Origin: Methanocaldococcus jannaschii DSM 2661
GTDB lineage: Archaea; AGJL01; Methanococci; Methanococcales; Methanocaldococcaceae
Length of the DNA stretch: 32,000 bases
Assembly: GCF_000091665.1 (NCBI RefSeq)
Contig: NC_000909.1
Span: forward strand, 1,546,838 to 1,578,837
Direction: 5' to 3'
Shown: one piece after another, positions 19,486 to 29,769 of the stretch
How positions within the stretch are numbered: position 1 is the stretch's first letter
Layout of the letters: every line of letters starts with the position of its first letter
Translations under genes and position numbers: made by a program
Notes under the pieces: model-generated
The model's database searches: none
What the model saw: the letters and a program-made list of their open reading frames with translations, nothing else
Told to the model about the DNA's origin: nothing

Positions 19486-20496
19486 TTATTTTCCTTTTTT
19501 CTTATCAATCTCTCTTTTTATAATTAACATAGCAATATAACCAAGGATTGTAGGGAGTATGTAAGAAACAAGTCTGTCTAATAAAGTAACTGCTGCAGCG
19601 ACTGAAGGAGGAATATTAAAAGCAGAGAAAGAAAGTATCATAACTGTGTCTGCTGTTCCAAAGCCACTTGGAGTTATAGATAAAACACCAGAGAGGAGGG
19701 TTATTAAATATACTGCAGATACACAAATAACTGAGACAACATAAGAGAGAGACAAAAATAACAGCCATAATTTTAAAATATCGAAGATATACCGCATAAC
19801 TGATAAAAATATGGCTACAACAACCTCCCATCCTCTCTTATTTTTAAAAAATTTCATACTGTTGTAAAACTCTTCAATAGATTGTAGGATTTTTGTCTCA
19901 TCATAATTATATGAGCAATATTTACAGATAAACTTTGATATTTTGGTAACCGTCTTAATTAGAAGTCCTTTATTTGCAATTAAATAGATAATTATTGCAG
20001 TTAGAGAAAATAAAAAAATCCAAGATAGTATAAGATACTCAAGATACTTAAATCCAGTAACTACAAAGTATCCAATAACAAATAATGTGAAAAATAAAAA
20101 TATCGCTGTATCTAAAACTCTTTCAACTACAACTGTAGAAAATGCCAAACCTTTTGGAATCTCTTCAAGTTTTGATAAATAATAAGCTCTAAATGCCTCT
20201 CCTCCCCCTCTCATAGATGGAGTTATATTGTTAATAAACAATCCCATTAAAACGAGTAAAAAGATATTTTTAAAATTTGCAGAATAACCTAAAATCTTAA
20301 TTATAAATTTCCATCTTGCTGAGAGAATTACAGAAACCAGTATTTGAAGTATAAAAGCAAGAATTACATATTCTGGGTTTGTATTGATAAGAACTTTTAT
20401 TATTTTATCTAAGCCAATATATGCCATTATTGCTAAAATAAATAAAAAGCTAATTATCAACAATATTGTGGATTTAGTTATCTTTATTTTCATCAA
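19486..20496 (-). CDS. Flippase-like / UPF0104 family integral membrane protein
   Basis: Multiple TM segments, NNITPSMRGGGEAFRAYYLSK, LLSGVLSITPSGFGTADTVM. Confidence 0.85.
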   Translation of the reverse strand: MMKIKITKSTILLIISFLFILAIMAYIGLDKIIKVLINTNPEYVILAFILQILVSVILSARWKFIIKILGYSANFKNIFLLVLMGLFINNITPSMRGGGEAFRAYYLSKLEEIPKGLAFSTVVVERVLDTAIFLFFTLFVIGYFVVTGFKYLEYLILSWIFLFSLTAIIIYLIANKGLLIKTVTKISKFICKYCSYNYDETKILQSIEEFYNSMKFFKNKRGWEVVVAIFLSVMRYIFDILKLWLLFLSLSYVVSVICVSAVYLITLLSGVLSITPSGFGTADTVMILSFSAFNIPPSVAAAVTLLDRLVSYILPTILGYIAMLIIKREIDKKKGK

Positions 20497-21536
20497 TATC
20501 CCTTTAACTTCTTTCTAATGTAATTTAGAATTTCGTCTCCAACATCTTTTGTCTTTAAATCCCCTCCCAAGTCAGGAGTAACTTTTTTGTTTATTAAGCA
20601 GTATTTCACTGCCTCTCTAATCAAATCTCCCTTTTCTTTCTCTCCAATATAATCAAAAAGCATAGCAATACTTAATATAGATGCCATTGGATTTGCTATA
20701 CCTTTCCCAGCTATATCTGGAGCTGAACCATGAACTGGCTCAAATAATGCTTTATCATCTCCTATATTTGCTGAAGGAGCTAAACCAAGTCCTCCAATTA
20801 ATGCAGATGCCTCATCTGATAAAATATCCCCAAACATGTTTGTTGTAACAATAACATCAAATTTTTCAGGATGTTTTATTAAGTTCATAGCTGTTGAATC
20901 AACTAAATAATCATCTGCCTCTATATTATAATGTTTTTTTATTTCATTAAAAACCTCTAAGAATAAACCATCAGTTATTCTTAAAACATTAGCTTTATGG
21001 ATGCAAGATACCTTTTTCCTATTATTTTTTATAGCATATTCAAATGCAAATCTTATTATTCTCTCGCTACCCTTTCTTGTTATAACCCTCTCAGCTATTG
21101 CTGTATCATTTTCTAATCTCTCTCTACCAACATATAAATCTTCCGTATTCTCTCTTATAATAACTATATCAATATTCTTAGCATTTAAGAATTCATAATC
21201 TGCAATTTTCCCAATTAATTGTCCAATTCCAAAGTTGTTTATTGGTCTTACATTTGCATATAAATGAAACATCTTCCTCAACGTTATTATAGGGCTTTTA
21301 TAATTTTGAACTTCCCCTGGCTTTGGTGAGGTTATAGCCCCAAACAAAATAATATCTGCCTCTTTAGCTTTTTCTATTGTATCCTCTGGAAGTGCATTAC
21401 CATATTTTTTTAAACATTCTAATCCTGCCTCTCCTTTTATTATTTCAAACTCTCCCAACTCATTTAATATTTTTATGGCCTCTGGAATCACTTCTTTTCC
21501 TATTCCATCCCCTTCTATAACACACACCTTCATCAT
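20493..21536 (-). CDS. aksF: Isopropylmalate/homoisocitrate dehydrogenase family (probable homoisocitrate dehydrogenase, coenzyme B pathway)
   Basis: MMKVCVIEGDGIGKEVIPEA, RENTEDLYVGRE, GSERIIRFAFEYA, NMFGDILSDEASALIGGLG. The true start is inferred at 21536, not 21608. Confidence 0.88.
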   Translation of the reverse strand: MMKVCVIEGDGIGKEVIPEAIKILNELGEFEIIKGEAGLECLKKYGNALPEDTIEKAKEADIILFGAITSPKPGEVQNYKSPIITLRKMFHLYANVRPINNFGIGQLIGKIADYEFLNAKNIDIVIIRENTEDLYVGRERLENDTAIAERVITRKGSERIIRFAFEYAIKNNRKKVSCIHKANVLRITDGLFLEVFNEIKKHYNIEADDYLVDSTAMNLIKHPEKFDVIVTTNMFGDILSDEASALIGGLGLAPSANIGDDKALFEPVHGSAPDIAGKGIANPMASILSIAMLFDYIGEKEKGDLIREAVKYCLINKKVTPDLGGDLKTKDVGDEILNYIRKKLKGY

Positions 21537-21562
21537 AGACAGCACCAAAAACTTTTTTATAT

Positions 21563-21681
21563 AGTGTCTTTCAAAAACATTTTGAAGTAACCAGTAGCTT
21601 ATGAACACCTTCCAAAGGAAGGCATTTAAATATTTATTGTCAAATATTTATTAATAAACTTTAATTAATTTTGAAGACAGT
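21563..21681. repeat. Intergenic inverted-repeat-bounded element (family A-like)
   Basis: AGTGTCTTTCAAAAA ... TTTTGAAGACAGT ends, internal hairpin CCTTCC-AAA-GGAAGG at 21608-21622; the left end matches 3862-3874. Confidence 0.5.
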
Positions 21682-21762
21682 ATAGTTTAAAGATATTTTT
21701 AAGTATTAATACGGTATATTTATTGTTTCTATTTCTATTAAACGTTAATAAGAGGGATAAAA

Positions 21763-23052
21763 ATGGAATATTCGGATGTTCCAAAGTTTATTAGGGACGT
21801 TTCAATAAAACAGCACGAGTGGATGAGAGAGAGCATAAAATTAATTGCAAGTGAGAATATAACAAGTTTAGCAGTTAGAGAGGCGTGTGCAACAGATTTT
21901 ATGCATAGATATGCTGAGGGATTACCAGGAAAAAGATTATACCAAGGATGTAAATATATAGATGAAGTTGAAACACTCTGTATAGAGTTGTCTAAAGAAT
22001 TATTTAAAGCTGAACACGCAAACGTTCAGCCAACAAGTGGTGTCGTTGCTAATTTAGCTGTTTTCTTTGCTGAAACAAAGCCAGGGGATAAATTAATGGC
22101 TTTAAGTGTTCCAGATGGTGGGCATATAAGCCATTGGAAAGTAAGTGCTGCTGGAATTAGAGGATTAAAAGTTATAAACCATCCATTCGACCCAGAAGAG
22201 ATGAATATTGATGCTGATGCAATGGTTAAAAAAATCTTAGAAGAGAAGCCAAAGCTAATATTGTTTGGAGGTTCTTTATTCCCATTCCCTCATCCAGTAG
22301 CTGATGCCTATGAAGCTGCTCAAGAAGTTGGTGCTAAAATTGCCTATGATGGAGCTCATGTTTTGGGATTAATAGCTGGAAAGCAGTTCCAAGACCCATT
22401 GAGAGAAGGGGCGGAGTATTTAATGGGTAGCACTCATAAAACATTCTTTGGTCCTCAAGGAGGAGTTATATTAACAACAAAAGAAAACGCTGACAAGATA
22501 GACAGCCATGTATTCCCAGGGGTTGTTAGTAACCATCATTTACATCATAAGGCTGGTTTAGCCATTGCCTTAGCTGAGATGTTGGAGTTTGGAGAAGCTT
22601 ATGCTAAGCAAGTTATTAAGAATGCAAAGGCATTAGCTCAGGCTCTGTATGAGAGAGGATTTAATGTTTTATGTGAGCACAAGGACTTTACAGAAAGCCA
22701 TCAAGTAATTATTGATATAGAGAGTTCTCCAGACATAGAGTTTTCAGCAAGTGAGTTAGCTAAGATGTATGAAGAGGCAAATATCATTTTAAATAAAAAC
22801 TTATTGCCATGGGATGATGTTAATAACTCAGACAATCCAAGTGGTATTAGGTTAGGAACACAAGAATGTACAAGATTAGGAATGAAAGAAAAAGAGATGG
22901 AAGAAATAGCTGAATTTATGAAAAGGATAGCTATTGATAAAGAAAAACCAGAGAAAGTTAGAGAGGATGTTAAAGAATTTGCTAAGGAGTACAGCACTAT
23001 TCATTACAGTTTTGATGAGGGAGATGGATTTAAATATCTAAGATTCTATTAA
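21763..23052 (+). CDS. glyA: Serine hydroxymethyltransferase
   Basis: [47 protein letters not shown]. Confidence 0.95.
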   Translation: MEYSDVPKFIRDVSIKQHEWMRESIKLIASENITSLAVREACATDFMHRYAEGLPGKRLYQGCKYIDEVETLCIELSKELFKAEHANVQPTSGVVANLAVFFAETKPGDKLMALSVPDGGHISHWKVSAAGIRGLKVINHPFDPEEMNIDADAMVKKILEEKPKLILFGGSLFPFPHPVADAYEAAQEVGAKIAYDGAHVLGLIAGKQFQDPLREGAEYLMGSTHKTFFGPQGGVILTTKENADKIDSHVFPGVVSNHHLHHKAGLAIALAEMLEFGEAYAKQVIKNAKALAQALYERGFNVLCEHKDFTESHQVIIDIESSPDIEFSASELAKMYEEANIILNKNLLPWDDVNNSDNPSGIRLGTQECTRLGMKEKEMEEIAEFMKRIAIDKEKPEKVREDVKEFAKEYSTIHYSFDEGDGFKYLRFY

Positions 23053-23060
23053 TATGCTAA

Positions 23061-23536
23061 AATAATTTATTTTTTGCGTCATTATATATTTATATGAGTT
23101 CGTAGATATTATATTTTAGAATTTTATTATTTGGGTTTTAGGATTTTTGATTTTGTTGTTTGGTTAATGGATTGTCTTGTTGAATATGTTTGAAATTTGA
23201 AAATAAGAGTATTTAGAAGTTATTAATTAGTTCAAAGGATTTTTATTTAATTTCTAAGGGTTTGCTGGTTTGATTATTTAGAATATTTGAGTTTATTGAA
23301 TTATTCAGATTTTTAAAAATTAAGATTAATTAGGAAAGGAAATAAGATTTCTCTAACAGACAAGTTAAATTTTTGGATTTAAAAAGATAAAAATGCTTAG
23401 TTTTAGTAAAGAGATAAAATTTTAAATACTAAAAGGTTTATATTGTAAGATGGTTATTTATCCTTAGAAAAATATGGTATAGAAAAGCTTAAATATTAAG
23501 AGTGATGAAGTATATTATGTTGTGAATGATTGCCCT
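23061..23536 (+). repeat. CRISPR leader / long repeat copy 1
   Basis: AT-rich ~475 bp tract, imperfect direct repeat of 28210-28681, ending GTTGTGAATGATTGCCCT at the first repeat. Confidence 0.85.
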
Positions 23537-24057
23537 GTTAAAATCAGACCTCTTGGAGGATGGAAATGCTGTAAGCACATCTGGACTAGAAAAGTCAGAA
23601 TTTTTAACCTAGTTAAAATCAGACCTCTTGGAGGATGGAAATGTTTTTATTATCTTAATTTTTTTTCTTAAAATCAGACCGTTAAAATCAGACCTCTTGG
23701 AGGATGGAAACATAAGCACTTTTTTAGCTCTTTTACTTCATTTTCTGTTAAAATCAGACCTCTTGGAGGATGGAAATTTTTTGGTGGGGAATATGGAAAT
23801 TGACAATAACACAATAAGTTAAAATCAGACCTCTTGGAGGATGGAAACGAAATAAACCAATGTTTAACTTGTGGCTGTTTTAAGAAGTTAAAATCAGACC
23901 TCTTGGAGGATGGAAATGAAAATAAATAAACCCTCCAATGCCAAACCAAAATTTTTGCAATTAAAATAAGACCGATTCGGTATGGAAACTGGAACAATCC
24001 GTTTAAAACTTCATACTCTTCTTTTGTGGTTAAAATCAGACCGATTCGGAATGGAAA
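23537..24057 (+). CRISPR. CRISPR array 1: six GTTAAAATCAGACCTCTTGGAGGATGGAAA repeats, then two divergent CCGATTCGG-type repeats
   Basis: Repeat cores start at 23538, 23613, 23682, 23748, 23819, 23888, 23961 (variant) and 24030 (variant); spacers ~37-46 nt. Confidence 0.97.
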
Positions 24058-24179
24058 CACGAAATACCATTTTCAGATACGATTTTTTAGTTAAACCGAA
24101 ATCCTTGAAAAATAGAAATTATTGAAAATAGCATTACAATAATAATTATTTTATTTGAAAATTTTAAAAATAAATTGCT

Positions 24180-25232
24180 TTATTCTTTATACCACTCATA
24201 AAACTTATTTTCTATAAACTCCCTTATTTTCGTTGGTTCCAAATCATTAACTATACTATAAACTGCTATTCCTCCAGCCCCTACTCCTTCTTTTACTGAA
24301 CCTTTGCAATAATTTTTTAATCCCTCAATCTTTGCTTTTTCAAAATAAAACTTAGATGCTAAAACTGGAACATTTCCTATCTGCTCAACTATTCCCTTTA
24401 AATCTCCTTTTTTATCATTTAAAACAAATTCAGTTGTTCCTATGGCTATTAAGTTTTTATCTAAAACCTTTTTGTTAATCTCTTTTATAACTGCTAAGAC
24501 AGCACTCATCTGTGTTCCTCCAGCTAAAATAACTGGCTTATTTCTTTCAGCAAAACTTATAGCCAAACCAGCAACAACAGGCATCATCTTATCTCCAACG
24601 GCATTTAAAACATCAAAGACAGATGATTTTTCATTAATGCCAGCTTTCTTTAAACCCTCTCTAACAACCTTTATTTTTAACTCATGGGGGTTATTTATAG
24701 AGCCAGAGCTAACCTTTCCCTCGGCATCATATCCTAATCCTAATAAAACCCCTAATGCTGTTGTTGTCCCACCAGGAACACTCTCCCCAACAATTAATAA
24801 TTCAGCATCTAAGTTTTTACCTAAGAGATAACCTTTCATATATAATTCCTTTGAGTTATTCATTGCTTTACCTTCTTCTATTCTCCCAGTTGGCTTTTCA
24901 TCTATCTCTATAAAAGGAATCTTTGGCTTAACAAAAGCTCCCGCATCTATGTGGAGGTTTTTTATATTCTTTAGCTCAACACATGCCCTCGTTATGGTTG
25001 CAGGTGTTGGTGAGCCAGTGGCATCTATTGGAGGAGTTTTTAAAGTTAGAGATTTTCCATAAAAAACAAGCTCAACATCTGCAGAGGGTGTGTATTTAAT
25101 AACATCCCTATGCACTCCAGATATTGGAATTGATAAGGTAGTTTCTATTGATGAAATTACACAAGTAAATAAAGGATTTCTTCCTTTAATTTTATCTAAG
25201 AAGCCATTTTCATTTATTGCTATTATGCTCAT
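24180..25232 (-). CDS. CobT-like nicotinate-nucleotide:dimethylbenzimidazole phosphoribosyltransferase family (UPF0284)
   Basis: AGAFVKPKIPFIEI, GESVPGGTTTALGVLLGLGYDA, PVILAGGTQMSAVLAV. Confidence 0.85.
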   Translation of the reverse strand: MSIIAINENGFLDKIKGRNPLFTCVISSIETTLSIPISGVHRDVIKYTPSADVELVFYGKSLTLKTPPIDATGSPTPATITRACVELKNIKNLHIDAGAFVKPKIPFIEIDEKPTGRIEEGKAMNNSKELYMKGYLLGKNLDAELLIVGESVPGGTTTALGVLLGLGYDAEGKVSSGSINNPHELKIKVVREGLKKAGINEKSSVFDVLNAVGDKMMPVVAGLAISFAERNKPVILAGGTQMSAVLAVIKEINKKVLDKNLIAIGTTEFVLNDKKGDLKGIVEQIGNVPVLASKFYFEKAKIEGLKNYCKGSVKEGVGAGGIAVYSIVNDLEPTKIREFIENKFYEWYKE

Positions 25233-25247
25233 AAGTATCCCTCTTTT

Positions 25248-26081
25248 TTATATCTTCAATCCTCTTCTTCTCAACTCTTCATAAATCTCCTTAGGAACTT
25301 TAGGTTTTTCCAATTCCTTCTTAGCTTTTTCTTTAGATAACAAACCCAACCTAACAAGTGTAGCAATCCTATCAATCTCAAAGCTAAACCCATATTTATC
25401 ATAAAATCTCTCTAATGCAACTCCTAAAACTAAGCAGTTTGTTGTATAACCACCCAAATCTGGTTTTTTCCAAGGTAAATCTTCTAACATTTTATATTTC
25501 TCCTCTTCTTTAAATTTATAGGGTGCTAATAACCTTATCATTTTTATGCCTTCCTTCATCTCCCTTATTGCAGAGTGTCCGAAAGGTAACTCATGCCCAG
25601 TAATTATATACTTCAATCCCAACAATTTAGTAACTCTCCAAACCTCTCTCAATATAAGCCTTGAGCATCTCCTACAAGGACTTTCTCCTCTTTTTATTGC
25701 ATCTTCAAATAAATCTGTGTAATCTCTATTTAATATCATTAAATCTACTTGATAATGTTTTGTTACATTTAAAGCGTTTTCTATGGCTTCTTTAGCCATA
25801 TACTTATTATCAACCATAACACATAATGGATTTAATTTAAATTTCTCTTTTAATAATTTTAATGCTAAAACACTATCTTTTCCACCAGAAAATGCTAAAA
25901 TGCAATGATATTTTCCTCCCTCTTTTTTTAAATTATATAAAATTTCTTCAACCTCTTTTTTCATCTTCTCAAAGTTTGGAGGATATTTTAACATTGTTAA
26001 ACAATCTACACATATTGGCTTCCCTTCATAGTTAATTATCTTTTTTGTTTTTGAGGTATGAACACAGATTGAACATTTCAT
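25248..26081 (-). CDS. PP-loop ATPase (adenine nucleotide alpha hydrolase-like) with N-terminal CxxC-CxxC Zn motif
   Basis: CSICVHT...CVDCL, LAFSGGKDSVLAL, ESPCRRCSRLI. Confidence 0.85.
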   Translation of the reverse strand: MKCSICVHTSKTKKIINYEGKPICVDCLTMLKYPPNFEKMKKEVEEILYNLKKEGGKYHCILAFSGGKDSVLALKLLKEKFKLNPLCVMVDNKYMAKEAIENALNVTKHYQVDLMILNRDYTDLFEDAIKRGESPCRRCSRLILREVWRVTKLLGLKYIITGHELPFGHSAIREMKEGIKMIRLLAPYKFKEEEKYKMLEDLPWKKPDLGGYTTNCLVLGVALERFYDKYGFSFEIDRIATLVRLGLLSKEKAKKELEKPKVPKEIYEELRRRGLKI

Positions 26082-26158
26082 GGTCTCACAGAATAATATT
26101 TTTATATATAAAGGATAATTTAACTACCATAGAGTTAAATTAATGTAAGGGGAGACAG

Positions 26159-26692
26159 ATGTTTTATAGGTTGTTGTTTGCATCACTTTGGTATATATTG
26201 CCAGCTTATGTTGCAAATGCATCAGCATGTATATTTGGCGGAGGTACTCCAGTAGATTTGGGAAAAAATTTTATTGATGGAAGGAGATTAATAGGTAATG
26301 GAGTAACATATAGAGGTTGCATTTTCGGAATTTTATGTGGAACGTTAGTTGGATTAATTCAGGGAATTTTAGTAGATTTTAATATTTTTAATAGCTTAGA
26401 TTTTTATGGCACTGTTTTAGACCATGTTATATTGGCTTTCTTTTTATCAGTCGGGGCTATTGTTGGTGATGCAGTAGGTAGCTTTATAAAAAGAAGGTTA
26501 AATATTGAAAGAGGAAAGCCAGCTCCGTTATTAGACCAACTTGACTTTGTTATAGGAGCTTTAGCATTTGGTTATATTGTTGCTCCAATACCCTATGAGA
26601 TGATAATTATAATCTGTTTATTTACTGTCTTTGTTCATCTACTTGGAAACATAATTGCCTATAAATTAGGCATTAAAGATGTGTGGTGGTAA
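26159..26692 (+). CDS. carS: CDP-2,3-bis-(O-geranylgeranyl)-sn-glycerol synthase
   Basis: YVANASACIFGGGTPVDLGKNFIDGRRLIGNGVTYRG, GDAVGSFIKRRLNIERGKPAPLLDQLDFV. Confidence 0.93.
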   Translation: MFYRLLFASLWYILPAYVANASACIFGGGTPVDLGKNFIDGRRLIGNGVTYRGCIFGILCGTLVGLIQGILVDFNIFNSLDFYGTVLDHVILAFFLSVGAIVGDAVGSFIKRRLNIERGKPAPLLDQLDFVIGALAFGYIVAPIPYEMIIIICLFTVFVHLLGNIIAYKLGIKDVWW

Positions 26693-26695
26693 AAT

Positions 26696-27178
26696 ATGAT
26701 TACAATAGATATTGAGTTAAAAGACAAACCTGGAGAATTGTTGAGAGTTTTAACTCCAATTTCAAAATACGGGGCTAATGTAATAAGCATTATTCACTCA
26801 AGAGAGGAAAAAAGAGGAGGGAAAGTTCCTGTAAGGATTGTTATTGATGTTGATGATAAAGATAAATTAAAAAAGATTTTAGAAGATTTAGAAAAAGAGG
26901 GAGCTATAATTAAAAAAATAGATGGAAAAGATAAGAAGGTTTATTTAGATGTTGTTGTTATAGGGCACGTTGTTGATACCAACGTGAGAGACACAATAGA
27001 CAGAATAAATGAGATAGGACTTGTTGAAGATTTAGATTTGATTATGCCACATCCAGATAAAGAATCATCAGCAATGATGAGAATTATCGTTGATGAGGAT
27101 AAGATAGAGGAGCTTTTTTACTTATTTGAAGAGTTAGAAAAAGAAAAAGGATTGTTATTCATAAAATCCATATTTTAA
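26696..27178 (+). CDS. ACT-domain protein upstream of homoserine dehydrogenase
   Basis: [35 protein letters not shown] and a second ACT-like half. Confidence 0.85.
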
Positions 27179-27197
27179 ATAAAATTTTGGTGAGAGG

Positions 27198-28208
27198 ATG
27201 GATATAATTATAGTAGGATTTGGAGCTATAGGAAAAGGAATTGCTAAGGTCTTGTATGATAAAAAAGATTATTTAAAAAAGAACTATGAGGAATTTAAGG
27301 TTGTTGCTATAACAGATAGCTCTGGAGCTGCAATAGATGAAGATGGCTTAGATTTACTAAAAGCAATAGAAGTTAAAGAAAAAACTGGAAAGATTAAAAA
27401 TTATCCAGAGAAAGGAAGAGAGATGAGTTCAATAGATGTTATAAAAGAAGTTGATGCGGATGTTGTTGTTGAAGTAACACCATCAAACTTAGAAACAGGA
27501 GACCCAGCTAAAACTCATATATTAGAAAGCTTTAAAAATAAAAAACACGTTGTAACAGCTAATAAAGGACCGTTAGCTTTATGTTATAAGGAGTTGATTG
27601 AAGAGGCAAAAAAACATGGAGTTATTTTCAGACATGAGGCTTCAGTTGGAGGGGCAATGCCAATAATAAACTTGGCTAAAGAGACATTAGCAGGAAATGA
27701 AATTTTATCAATAAGGGGAATTTTAAATGGAACAACCAACTACATACTAACAAAAATGGAGAAAGAGGGTTTAGATTTTGAAACTGCATTAAAAGAGGCT
27801 AAAGAGCTTGGAATAGCTGAAACAGACCCAACTCAAGATATTGAGGGTTTAGACACTGCAGCAAAGATTGTTATCTTAGCAAACTCAATTATGGGCATGA
27901 ATAAAACAATAAAAGATGTAAAAGTTAAGGGAATAAGTAGAATAACTCCAGAAGCTCTATTTTTAGCTAATAAAAGAGGATACACAATAAAATTAATTGG
28001 ACAGATTAAAGATGGCTATTTAATTGTTGAGCCAATGCTTGTTCCAATAGACAGCCCATTAAATGTCAAGGGAACTTTAAACGTTGCAATGTTTGAAACT
28101 GATTTGGCAAAAGAGGTTGTAGTTGTTGGAAGAGGAGCTGGACCTATAGAAACAGCTTCAGCTATTTTAAGTGATTTAATCCATATCTACAATTCTACTA
28201 AAAAATAA
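27198..28208 (+). CDS. hom: Homoserine dehydrogenase
   Basis: [60 protein letters not shown]. Confidence 0.96.
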   Translation: MDIIIVGFGAIGKGIAKVLYDKKDYLKKNYEEFKVVAITDSSGAAIDEDGLDLLKAIEVKEKTGKIKNYPEKGREMSSIDVIKEVDADVVVEVTPSNLETGDPAKTHILESFKNKKHVVTANKGPLALCYKELIEEAKKHGVIFRHEASVGGAMPIINLAKETLAGNEILSIRGILNGTTNYILTKMEKEGLDFETALKEAKELGIAETDPTQDIEGLDTAAKIVILANSIMGMNKTIKDVKVKGISRITPEALFLANKRGYTIKLIGQIKDGYLIVEPMLVPIDSPLNVKGTLNVAMFETDLAKEVVVVGRGAGPIETASAILSDLIHIYNSTKK

Positions 28209-28209
28209 T

Positions 28210-28681
28210 TTAATTTTTTGTGTTACATATTTATATGGGTTCCGTAGATATTATATTTTAGAATTTTACTATTAAGGTTTTTATGGGATTTTCAATTTTG
28301 TTAATTGATTTATTGATTGTCTTGTTGTATAAGTTTGGAATTTAGAAATGAGAGTATTTAGGAATTATTTATTTATTTAGAGGTTTTAAATTTAATTTCT
28401 AAGGGTTAGCTGGTTTGATTATTTAGAATATTTGAGTTTATTGAATTATTCAGATTTTTAAAAATTAGGATTAATTAGGCAAGTAAATAAAATTTCTCTA
28501 ACAAATAAGTTAAATTTTTGGATTTAAAAAGATAAAAATACTCTGTTTTATTATGGAAAGAAAGATTTAAATACTAAAGGGTTTATATTATGGAGTAGTT
28601 ACTTACCCTTAGAAAAATATGGTATAGAAAAGCTTAAATATTGGGAGAGTTGAAGTATATTATGTTGTGAATGATTGCCCT
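28210..28681 (+). repeat. CRISPR leader / long repeat copy 2
   Basis: Imperfect direct copy of 23061-23536, same terminal GTTGTGAATGATTGCCCT. Confidence 0.85.
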
Positions 28682-29543
28682 ATTAAAATAAGACCGTTTC
28701 GGAATGGAAATCGTAAATGGTTCGTCTTTATTGACTAAAAACACAGTTTATTAAAATAAGACCGTTTCGGAATGGAAATTGGGAAATATAAGTCAGAGAT
28801 TGATGCTTTGGCAGATTAAAATAAGACCGTTTCGGAATGGAAATAAAAGATGTTGAGAGATGCATTTATTCATAAGAAATTTATTAGATTAAAATAAGAC
28901 CGTTTCGGAATGGAAATTCCTTATGAAGTATTTAACTATGACGACATGAAGTTATTAAAATAAGACCGTTTCGGAATGGAAATAAACTACCGTCTGCACA
29001 AACAGCTACCATTAATCTTAATATTAAAATAAGACCGTTTCGGAATGGAAATGATATTTCAGCAGATGTTTATCTGCTTCATTTAATTGAACCTCATTAA
29101 AATAAGACCGTTTCGGAATGGAAATTGGAGGGATTTTCATTTTTTAAATTTGATAATGTATTTGAAGAATTAAAATAAGACCGTTTCGGAATGGAAATAG
29201 TTTTCACCCCAAAAAACACTATTGTCCTTTCTTATTAAAATAAGACCGTTTCGGAATGGAAATTTTAATTAAGCTTAGATAATCTTGAATATTTTTTCTT
29301 GTAAAATTAAAATCAGACCGTTTCGGAATGGAAATACACATATTGATAAGGTAGAAGTATCAGTAAATGGACATTTATTAAAATAAGACCGTTTCGGAAT
29401 GGAAATCGCAATCATTAATAAATCCCAATACATCGATACAAAAAATTAAAATAAGACCGTTTCGGAATGGAAATAATTGTAATATAATCATCGAAACTCC
29501 AACCATAATCCCTATAATTAAAATCAGACCAATTCGGGATAAA
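28682..29543 (+). CRISPR. CRISPR array 2: 12 repeats ATTAAAATAAGACCGTTTCGGAATGGAAAT plus a degenerate terminal repeat
   Basis: Repeat starts at 28682, 28750, 28815, 28888, 28954, 29023, 29096, 29169, 29234, 29306 (one C variant), 29377, 29445; degenerate at 29517. Confidence 0.98.
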
Positions 29544-29630
29544 ACACAAAAATAATATTATTTTCTTTTTCTTCATTATATTTATATATTTAAATCTATA
29601 AATTACAAAAACTTTTTATAACATTCTTAA

Positions 29631-29728
29631 TACAGGACTTTCACAGTCTATATATTGAGTTTGGAATTTTGATGCCAAAGGCATCTTTTTACATTAAATA
29701 ATATCTTATCCTCTGTGAAAGTCCTGTA
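29631..29728. repeat. 98 bp element with perfect 16-bp terminal inverted repeats (family B)
   Basis: TACAGGACTTTCACAG at 29631-29646 and CTGTGAAAGTCCTGTA at 29713-29728; internal hairpin GATGCC-AAA-GGCATC. Confidence 0.75.
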
Positions 29729-29769
29729 ATATTTCAATAACAACCACAAAGCCAGAAAAGAGGGATATA

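Noticed and set aside
21001-21198. Plus-strand ORF opposite aksF
   Set aside because: Antisense shadow of a conserved dehydrogenase gene.
20493-23052. Search for cas or defence genes between and around the arrays
   Set aside because: All genes in 19.5-31.9 kb are metabolic or membrane genes; nothing resembles Cas1/2/3/5/6/7/10, toxin-antitoxin or restriction systems.
23628-24060. ORFs 23628-23822 (+) and 23674-24060 (-) with repeated peptide [10 protein letters not shown] / FPPRGLILT motifs
   Set aside because: Artefacts of translating CRISPR repeats and spacers; the peptide periodicity matches the array unit.
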